Shown: piece by piece, positions 54,040-64,000 of the stretch
How the letters are laid out: each line of letters opens with the position of its first letter
Position numbering within the stretch: position 1 is the stretch's first letter
From: Ylistrum balloti
Lineage: Eukaryota
Length of the DNA: 64,000 bases
Reading direction: 5' to 3'
Assembly: GCF_031769215.1 (NCBI RefSeq)
Contig: NW_026781901.1
Span: forward strand, 868,001 to 932,000
Program-made: the position numbers and the translations under genes
The notes under the pieces: generated by a model
Database searches by the model: none
What the model was told of the DNA's origin: nothing
The model's input: only the letters and a program-made list of their open reading frames with translations

Positions 54040-55275
54040 TATGTGGCAAGCTCATTGAACGATTAAGATGGCGATAAGTTTACTGAATGTTTAAACTATA
54101 GTCAAACTTAGAGAATTTTTAACTAGTGGCAAACTTAATGAGTATTTTAAGTCGTAGCAAAAATATTGGATGATTAAGCAGTGGTAAGCTTACTGAATAA
54201 TTAAGTTCTGGTCAGCTTACGAAATGATTAAGCAGTGGTGTTCTTATTGAATGATTAAGCTAGTGGTAAGTTCACTGACTGATTTAGGAGTGGTAAGCTT
54301 GCTAACTGATTAAGCAGTGGTAAGCTTACTGACTGATTTAGATGTGGTAAGCATACTGACTGATTCAGCAGTAGTAAGCTTACTGAATGATTTAGCAGTG
54401 GTAAGCTTGTTGACTGATTTAGAAGTGGTAAGCTTGTTGACTGATTTAGATGTGGTAAGCATACTGACTGATTCAGCAGTAGTAAGCTTACTGACTGATT
54501 TAGCAGTGGTAAGCTTACTGACTGATTTAGATGTGGTAAGCTTACTGAATGATTTAGCAGTGGTAAGCTTACTGACTGATTTAGATGTGGTAAGCTTACT
54601 GACTGATTTAGATGTGGTAAGCTTACTGACTGATTTAGCAGTAGTAAGCTTACTGACTGATTCAGCAGTAGTAAGCTTACTGACTGATTTAGCAGTGGTA
54701 AGCTTGTTGACTGATTTGGTAGTGGTATGCGTGTTGACTGATTTAATAGTGGTAAGCTTTCTGACTGATTTAGCAGCGGTAAGCTTACTGACTGATTTAG
54801 TAGTGCTAAGCTTACTGAATGATTTAGATCTGTTCAGCTTACTAAATGATTAAGCTAGTGGTAACCTTATTCAGTGATTTAGCAATTGTAACCTTATTCA
54901 ATGATTAAGCTAGTGGTAACCTTATTCAATGATTTAGCGGTGGTAAGCTTATTGAATGTTTAAGCTAGTGGTAAGCTTATTGAATGTTTAAGCTAGTGGT
55001 AAGCTTATTGAATGTTTAAGCTAGTGGTAAGCTTACTGAATGTTTAAGCTAGTGGTAAGCTTATTGAATATTTAAGCTAGTGGTAAGCTTACTGAATGTT
55101 TAAGCTAGTGGTAAGCTTACTGAATGTTTAAGCTAGTGGTAAGCTTATTGAATGTTTAAGCTAGTGGTAAGCTTACTGAATGTTTAAGCTAGTGGTAAGC
55201 TTATTGAATGTTTAAGCTAGTGGTAAGCTTACTGAATGTTTAAGCTAGTGGTAAGCTTATTGAATGTTTAAGCTA
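54040..55275. repeat. Composite minisatellite: 27-bp units (TTAGCAGTGGTAAGCTTACTGACTGAT, about 54300-54850) grading into 28-bp units (TAAGCTAGTGGTAAGCTTA(T/C)TGAATGTT, about 54850-55275)
   Basis: Both unit types share a core with the palindrome GTAAGCTTAC. Degenerate units lie at 54040-54300. Confidence 0.95.
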
Positions 55276-56339
55276 GAGTGAAATGCAAATCTTTGTCAAT
55301 CCAAATAAATAATGTCAGGTTCACAAATGAGAACAAGGTTTACAATAACGGATTCCTTATGCAAACTAACGAGTATTTAACGCGTCCAGCTTCATGTCGT
55401 ATAAAGAAATATAATCTTTATCAATAAGATCACTATGACAACCGTAACACTACCCCACAATTTTCATCAACCTGCATCTTTTGGAACCTTGTGTTACGAT
55501 TTTGTCCGTCAGTTGACGACTTCTTGCACAAAAAATAAAGACACATCCAAAAGATACATCCAGATAGCAATTACAGCAGTCAGGAAATAGTTTTAGCATC
55601 TCTGAACATTTACTGAATTGACTTCTTACACAAATATAATACCAACTGCATTTCAATAAAGAAACATGTGTCGTGACGTCATTGTAATTATGACGTCATA
55701 TCATATATTCTTTCGAGGTCAAATCTAAAATATATTGAAAAGTGTAAAATCATATGACATAAAAACCTATGATCTTATTCAACATATTGAATTGCATGCT
55801 ATGAATATTGTCTTTTGAATTGTAGCATTCATGCAATGTTGTGCAACATCAAAGATAAAACATACGACTGATAATATAGTTTACATTCTACCAACAGATA
55901 ATGATTGTCCTCTAATTGCTTTCATAAAATATCATAAATCAAATTTTATATTCTACATTAATTAACAAATACGGTGTCTTCTCGACAAAAACATGCTTAA
56001 AAATATACGGTATTTTAATAGTATTACAATCTCAACAAACCCATTCGTGAACGTGAATATTACCTAACCCCGTAAGAAGAACCAATTAGCGGAATATGAA
56101 GACAGATTAAAGGGACATTTCAGAGCTTAAATCGCTATCGTTTAATTCATTCAAGCAAAATGTTGCCGTCAACCATCAGTATAGAATTAAGGAGTAGAAG
56201 ATAAAAGTAACCTTTGAAATCCAAAACGATACATGTAGACATACTTTTGATACTTAGAAACACTACAAAACATTCACAGCATGACCCGGGAGGAACCATC
56301 ACAAGAGATTTATTAAAGATACGAGGCGTTATCAGAGGA

Positions 56340-57300
56340 GTCACTACCAGTCAAAACATACTAAGTGTTATCTGTGAAGTCACCAATAGCCAGAACATAC
56401 AGAGTGTTATCTGAGGAGTCACCAATAGCCAGAACATACACAGCGTTATCTGTGAAGCCACCAATAGCCAGAACATACACAGCGTTATCTGAGGAGTCAC
56501 CAATAGCCAAAACATACACAGCGTTATCTGAGGAGTCACCAATAGCCAAAACATACACAGCGTTAACTGAGGAGTCACCAATAGCCAAAACATACACAGC
56601 GTTATCTGAGGAGTCACCAATAGCCAAAACATACACAGCGTTATCTGAGGAGTCACCAATAGCCAGAACATACACAGCGTTATCTGAGGAGTCACCAATA
56701 GCCAACACATACACAGCGTTATCTGAGGATTCACCAATAGCCAAAACATACACAGCGTTATCTGAGGAGTCACCAATAGCCAAAACATACACAACGTTAT
56801 CTGAGGAGTTACCAATAGCCAAAACATACACAGCGTTATCTGAGGAGTCACCAATAGCCAGAACAAATACACAGCGTTATCTGAGGAGTCACCAATAGCC
56901 AAAACATACACAGCGTTATCTGAGGAGTCAACGATAAACAAGAACATACACGGCGTCATCTGTGAAGTCACCAATAATTAGAACATACACAGCGTTTTCT
57001 GAGGAGTCAACGATAACCAGAACATACACAGCGTTATCTGAGGAGTCAGCAATAGCCAGAACATACACAGCGTTATCTGAGGAGTTAACGATAAAATACA
57101 TAACGTTATCTGTGTAGTCACCAATAGCCAAAACATGCACAGCGTTATCTGAGGAGTCACCAATAACCAGAACATACACAGCGTTATCTGAGGAGTCAAC
57201 GATAAACCAGATCATACACAGCGTTATCTGAGGAGTCACCAATAACCAGAACATACACAGCGTTATCTGAGGAGTCAACAATAACCAAAACATACACAGT
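56340..57300. repeat. 39-bp minisatellite (CAGCGTTATCTGAGGAGTCACCAATAGCCA(A/G)AACATACA), about 24 units, with a degenerate tail to about 57660
   Basis: Tandem 39-bp units. The ALSEESPIAKTYT and related ORFs come from it. Confidence 0.96.
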
Positions 57301-59757
57301 AAGATACACACCGGGATTTGGAAGTCACCAAAACCAAAAGACACTAAGTAACATTTGGGGAATCACCAAGCCCAAAAAGATACTCAGTATAATTTGAGAT
57401 GTCACCAAAACCAAAATATACACTTTTTAAGTCGAAGCGTCAAAAAAGCAAAAGATACACAGCATGATTTTAGGAGTCACCAAAACCAAAGATATAAAGG
57501 ATAATTTGAAGAGTCACCAAACCCAAAAGATGTCATGTTTAATCACCTTACCAAAAGATACACACATGATCCGAGGACACCCAAAACCAGAAAGATGCAA
57601 ATCTGGATCCGAACGGACTCGACACAAATATTTCTTCGGAATATTCTGAGGTCACAAAACCGAAAGGTTAGCCAACATTAAAAAATAGGCAAGAAAACCA
57701 AAAGGGAAATATGACTATCTATTATTAAGTTATATAATTGACAGATTGAAATAACTTTTAACAACGATAATTTACATTTTGTAAGACTATAGCGCCAGTT
57801 CTCACTATACATTTGTAAAATGTATATGGGAAGTATTTTACTCAACCAGTAGGGAACACTTTATAGGAAGTCATGGAAATAACATATTTCGGAAGTATAA
57901 ACAAAATAAATTGAAGTATAATTTACAAATTAAATTAGCTGAAATTTTAATTTCTGTCATGACATACGACTGTTTTAGGAACATTTCAAGTCGCACTACC
58001 AGAGAAGATACAACTGTTTAACATTCCGTTATCAGAAACTATGCGAGAAGTGTGTTATGTGTACGACAACAAGATATACTAATTGAGATAAAGTGTTAAA
58101 ACATGATTATTATCAAGTCAAATCCCGAAGCCAAACAAACATAGTATTAACTGTAGGCTTGTTCGTGTCATATTTTATTTTTTATTTTGTTTTCATAGTT
58201 TTGTTTTGTTGGGTTACACCAGAACTACAACGTATGAAGTGACAATATAAAAGTCCTTGATTGAAGTGTTTACAGACATACAAAGAACAAAAAATTGGGG
58301 GAGTTGACATTGAAGTCTTTAGACATTTATCATCCTATACTTACAATTTTAACAAACCTGTGATAATGGTCAAATAATACACTGATGACGTATGGAGAAT
58401 TAATGGTGAAAGATATCATTATTTCATGTGTACAGTTATTAACCCGGTATGAGGAAACGGCAATCACCTACGCGTATTTTGTCACTATGACATCGTTTTT
58501 CCAATAATTACTGAATCATCCGTTTAAAGGAAATAGGAGTGCGAACATAAACGCACAGTGTCGGTGTTATATCCTTAGTTCAGACGAGGGATTCTCCATT
58601 AAAATTAATTTAAACATCTTAACCAATTAAAATCCTATAAAAAGATAATTACTCTGTTTCCTTCTTTGAAACATCAAATGCAAACGTCAAATTTCATATT
58701 TTATCTAATAGGGAATCGAACAGAAAAAGTACTTGAAAAATATCATTCTCTCAAACATTGTCTTTGAAATCAAATATATAAGGGTAAAGGGCAATCTGCT
58801 ATGCCATGGCATAAACGCTTAAATGTGATGAACTTTGGCCAAATATCTAAACTGGATACTAATTATCCGTGCTGGATTTTTTCCACCGATTTTTAATATT
58901 TTTTGATAGAATGGACGTAAATAAATTAAGATAAAGACACGTTCTTACTATACAGCACAACTCAAATATCCTTCATAGATATTTATATGATATCAGAAGT
59001 ATTCGGCAAGTTTACCAATAGCTACTCTTAATTGTATAGGTTATCTGTTGAGAAAGAAAGGTTTATAACAATGATAACATTGAACAAATGAAATATTATA
59101 TTGTTTCAGACACTGTGTATTGGATCCTCTGAAATGAGATAATTTTAGTGATATTGCAAAATTAAATTCACAACATTTATAACAAGTGTTCGGTTTAGGA
59201 TAATTGTTTATCAGCAAACACAAATCCAGGATATCATAACAGCAAATCTCTGAGCCCTCAACAACTATACGCGAAGAATACAAATAATTATGTAGGTTAA
59301 TATAGACAAAAATAATACACATGTTTTGTAAACAAAAATTATTAGGAAGGTATTTTATGTGGTCATCTGCGTCATAAAGAAAACAATTTAAGATATGTTT
59401 CGTCATTATATACGATGTTATAAATATATATTTCAATGACGTCGAAACCATAATTGTCATCTTTCTTCAATCAACGATTAAGATAACTTTTTTGTGTGTG
59501 ATCTGTTGCTATCTATACGATCCTGTTCCAATAATACTACACTGTCGTGTCCCAACACTTTATGAGATGACAGGGCCATTAGTAAGCTCTCCAGACCGTT
59601 TGACAGTAATTGTCACGGCAAAGTCATCCAGAAAAGTCTAAAACACCTAAACAATACTAAGAATCACATTCCTATAACATGACAATTAAAGTAGAAATAA
59701 ACATCCCGGTAGATAGTTTTATTCCGGATATATAAATTGTAAAGAACAAAAACTCAC

Positions 59758-59794
59758 CTGAAATGATCAGAGTCCACTTCATGCTTGTTTTCAT
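59758..59794 (-). CDS. First coding exon of the secreted-protein gene: (MKTS)MKWTLIIS, then a phase-1 intron
   Basis: In-frame ATGs start at 59794 and 59782. Strong donor CAG|GTGAGT (GT at 59757-59756). Splicing to the acceptor at 33950 gives MKWTLIISVFAIIESFA/KRLED, a typical signal peptide. Confidence 0.65.
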
Positions 59795-62700
59795 TCTGCA
59801 CTTTTTAATATTAGCTCATGTGGAATTAATTACCCGCCAAACAAACTGTCGTCTGCTGACTTTCGTCCTGTTCGCTAAGGATGATGGGCTATGTCCATCA
59901 ATGACTCGTCTTCTTCTGTTATCAATCGCTGAATGGCCTAGGGGGTGCTCAGAAGGAAAAAAACGATGATGACTGCAGGTATATTTCCTTTTTGTGTGTG
60001 ACAGAAAGGGAATTGACATCAGTGGTTCGTTGAAACGTTCAACACTTTTTTCCTAATAATATTCCTTAGAGTTTATCGGAAGCTGAACTAAACACACTCA
60101 ATTATTTTATTTCCTTACTGCCGCCTGTGTCGACCACAAACTTTCCCGCCCTCCATTTGTTTATCCAAAGTAGCTTCACAGACATTGACTTACTCTGCAC
60201 CTGAAGTGTAAGAGTGTATCCCGGACGAATTGGAGGAAAGAAACATACACCGTTTCTTTTTCTGACTTAATTTTCCCTTTGATGTACAGTCGTTTCTAAG
60301 TTGTTACTGTCAAATACTGACACCTAAACACAAACATAGAAGCTATCGATGCTGAACAGTTTTTTTCTTTTTTTTTCGTTTGCGATGGAATTTATCTAAC
60401 TGAGTATTAGGATATCTTTTGTAAAATAGAGGGAAGCCAATTTACTTGCGTGAATGCGACTAGCTGCCTTAGTGTCTCCTGGATAAGACCAAAATAATAG
60501 TCGCCGCCGGTGTCCTTAAACCGTATTGTTGGTTGGCTGTGGCCACGTGCTGGCGCTGAACAGACAGCGATGAATGTTAAGTTTATTTTCAATTGACAGA
60601 AATCTCTAGGATGTGTTCGGATAAATGACTACCGATTTATGAAAATTTGTTACATCAAAAAAAAATGTTTTCCATTCACGAAAAAAAATCATGCAAAACT
60701 ATAGTTATTTTTCAGTATCAAACACTTTGACCGTTTGTTAGTATTTATTTCAAAGGAGTGAAACTTGGGACGCCTACAGTACATCAGGCGCTAGTAAAGA
60801 CAGACGGGTTTATAAACGCGGCTTTGAATCTTAAAATCTTTCCCCTTAATGGGCCGATACCATCTACAATTACGCTGATCATAGCCCTTAATCTGCCGAC
60901 TAACACGCCAGCGCACAGCTACACTTGTACATAGTAGCCATACCATGGGTCATCAGCTCAGCTAAAGGTAAGCTTAGAAATCAATTCTTTACGGCTAAGT
61001 GTTTTACCGTCTTTTTAATCTATAAAACCTAAAAATATACTATTTGCAACGTAAATTCATTTCATACCACGTTGATTGACGCTGTTTTAATCGAGAAGAA
61101 ATTTATTCAACCATTTATCATATACTTGTAAAAATTGCGCTAAAACATAAAGTATTGAATAGCCGGAGTTAAGGGGGCCAGCAAACTATCACTGTCACAT
61201 AAATCGCTTTGAAACCAGTCATATATTTCAAGTTTAAATTCCGTTTGTATGTTAACGGTAAATCTAAACTACTTTACAAAGACTTAGAAACATCACCCAC
61301 CTAGTGTCTTGGGATAGTTTTAATAGGGACAGATAGCATTTCATTGTTTTCACTTGTAGTTAATTTTCACAAACTTTAGTTCGGAAATGAAAAACAATTT
61401 AAAGATCCGTTATTGTTAACCATATCTTTCATCTCCAGATTCGACTGCCTGTAGCCATGTTTTTATGTACAAACGGCTTAGACACTAGTAGACAATGATA
61501 GTGGGATGAGTATACAAGCCTCTTATTCCGTTTATACGTTATTTTTAAATGTTCATTTTCAATTTGCTTCTTTCCCGAACGAATTAGAATGTCGATAGAT
61601 GCTCTCTCTCAAAATTATGCTGTTCATATTGAATTACGAAAAACCAACATGTAGGTAGAAGATTTTTTACGTAAAACATAATTAGCCACTGCCATAAAAA
61701 CGTTTACCGCGACTGGATATGTTAAAACAGAATTAATTCATAGCAAAGAAAAAACAAACGTATTTATAAACTAACGTTCCACTTCTGAATTAGTTTTCTT
61801 ACCTTTTATAAGTTCAGGGATTTAGTCTCCAACAGAACCATACACACATTTAGCTTTGTAGTATTTTTACAAAGCGATAATTACCAATAATTAGAGGTTT
61901 GGTGATCTTGTTCACGAATAACTGTTTTCCATGCCAACCAATACATGTAGTAGTAAAAATAAAGTTTTCTGTAGATATCCATCTGTCATCCAAATATTCC
62001 AGGTTGCAAACAAATCACATTATACATATATATCAATCATTTACACCACTATATTTGAATGTCCGTGTCCATGGCGTCTTCCTTTCAGTAACATCCTGGA
62101 GAAACACGCACAAATATCACAGTTTGAAAAGACTTTTTTAATTAATTAAAACTATTTTAGACGAACATACATGTATTCCATTGTCCTTTTTATATGTCAA
62201 TCATAGATTGATGGTATATGAATATCATTTACCATTAAATAAGTCAAAACTGAGGATTCCGTGTTAAAATGCTTTAGGCGGACACTAGATCCCTGAACAA
62301 AAGCACTGCTACTTGCATGCGATGTTCCTCCGTGCGTCCGTTTGAACCTTTTGAAAAATCTATATATAATACAACTGTTTGACATAAGAAGTAAAATTTA
62401 GGTTCACCCTGGTATGTTTCGTAAAATGGTCTGACCTATTGGCCCCTTACGGTGTAGTCGTTCGTGTACCCTCGATACTTGGGAATGGCCAAAAGCGACA
62501 AGATATGTCCACGATAGTACTGAAGTCTTCAACTGATCAGTGATTGACTAATCGCCTCATCGTGCTAGCATTGTCAGCTTGGTGGATAGACAGTGATGCG
62601 TCACCACATGTTTTCACATTTGATAAATAGATATACAAGTAAATATTTGATTTGTATATGTATTAAGATGATTACAGAAATACAAATGATTTCAATATCA

Positions 62701-63486
62701 CAGGTGAAGTTTAAATAAAAAGGATAAAGAGACGAGTTTGTTTCGCTAACAGGACAGGCGTCCGTAATTGATCCAGAGATGATCTGAATCTGTTGGTGGT
62801 AATTACAAAAGTAAGTCGACCCAGCCATATAACGGAACGCTTATTTCACATGAATACAGAAACTTTAATTCATGATACAACTGGCCGATTACACACTTCA
62901 GAATAACGGGCGAGGAAAACATCTCAGTGTTTTTGTCTTTTTGTCTCGGAATAATTTGTATAATGTCAACATAACTATTCAAACATTTAACTGTGGAGGT
63001 TCTTCATGGATACTTTGTGAGCGAGCATTATGTTAACAAAGTTTAAATGGACTTGAGAGATGAAAGTGACTAATTCGTGATAGCATATCTCAGTATCTAG
63101 AAGTACGGTTCACAGTGGATCATACTCAACTTTCCCAGGCATTCAAAGGCGAGACGTATCTTAGACCTAGCAGTTCCCGATACACAGAATAGTGACACCG
63201 GGGTGAAATATAATATATGTTATCTCTCTAGTATAACTTTGTTTTTATGCCTCTTAAAACATTTGAAATGAACTAATCTACGCTGTTTAGATAGGGTTTT
63301 TTTCCTCAAGGATAGCGGTAATAATGTGCATCCCCATCTGCATTGTGTGGTAAAAAAAATCAAATAAAATCATCGATACACGGAAATATCTTAACACATA
63401 TGTGATATTGTTACTCATAAAAAAATCCTTAGAATCGATGTCAGAAGGTTCATCTATATTTAAATGAACAATTAATCATTTCTCTC

Positions 63487-63490
<4 letters not shown>

Positions 63491-63534
<44 letters not shown>
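63491..63534. repeat. (TC)22 microsatellite
   Basis: Read directly from the sequence. Confidence 0.98.
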
Positions 63535-63537
<3 letters not shown>

Positions 63538-64000
63538 GTAAGTTGTTGCCGTTAAAACAAATTTAATATTAATCCTTGTTAATTCATTCTGACCGACCAG
63601 AATACTTACAAAATATTTATTATATTGCCGATTGATTTCGTTTTGTTGCCGTAAACCTAATTCGAATTGATCACACTGAAATACATTATAACCGCATTAT
63701 CAAAGACAAACATGAAAATTAAACTTTCTATTTCTTTTATGTATCACTCTATCACACCTTTTATCACCCCTACAACCTTTATTACTTGGAATATGTTGTT
63801 CGCAGTATATTATCCTACAAACCGACGACAAAGTTAGGACCTGTTCTAATCATCTTCTTCTGTTACAATAACATCGACTTCTTTGGAAACCTATATTCTG
63901 GAAACATTTAAAGATACAGAAAAAAAGTCTTATCGGTGACTATGCTGTTTAAAATGGCCAAGGAGCGTAAGTTCAGCAAGTGTTAGAATATTGGTGGTCG

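Noticed and set aside
54317-57344. ORFs over the 27-bp and 39-bp arrays (VVSLLTDLA, ALSEESPIAKTYT)
   Set aside because: They are repeat-derived, with no splice or flanking evidence.
60432-60500. Plus-strand GSQFTCVNATSCLSVSWI resembling the start of an LDL-receptor class A repeat
   Set aside because: The required C-D-x-x-x-D-C...D-E half is missing and stops follow immediately.

Overview
AT-rich eukaryotic (metazoan) genomic DNA. The repeat families suggest a bivalve mollusc, which is an inference. There are no operons, rRNA/tRNA genes or CRISPR arrays, and most long ORFs in the supplied track are by-products of stop-free tandem repeats. Main contents: (1) A minus-strand spliced gene for a secreted protein. 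A short coding exon ending at 59758 (MKWTLIIS, GTGAGT donor) joins in phase, across a 25.8-kb intron, to a 642-nt exon at 33949-33308. The join gives a clean signal peptide (MKWTLIISVFAIIESFA) followed by a two-Cys domain I cannot name. (2) Four dispersed copies of one family of minimal type I hammerhead ribozymes at about 19.8, 27.4, 31.7 and 40.5 kb. The 31.7-kb copy keeps the complete catalytic core. (3) A decayed Penelope-like reverse transcriptase (YIDD, GRHHDL) interrupted by a tRNA-derived V-SINE, plus two TA-flanked MITEs of one family. (4) Roughly 40% of the window is minisatellite. This includes a 10-kb composite array of one 27-bp family whose plus frame reads as Thr/Ser/Pro mucin-like repeats, a 7.5-kb composite of a 34-bp family, and arrays of 30, 74, 32, 40, 27/28 and 39 bp.
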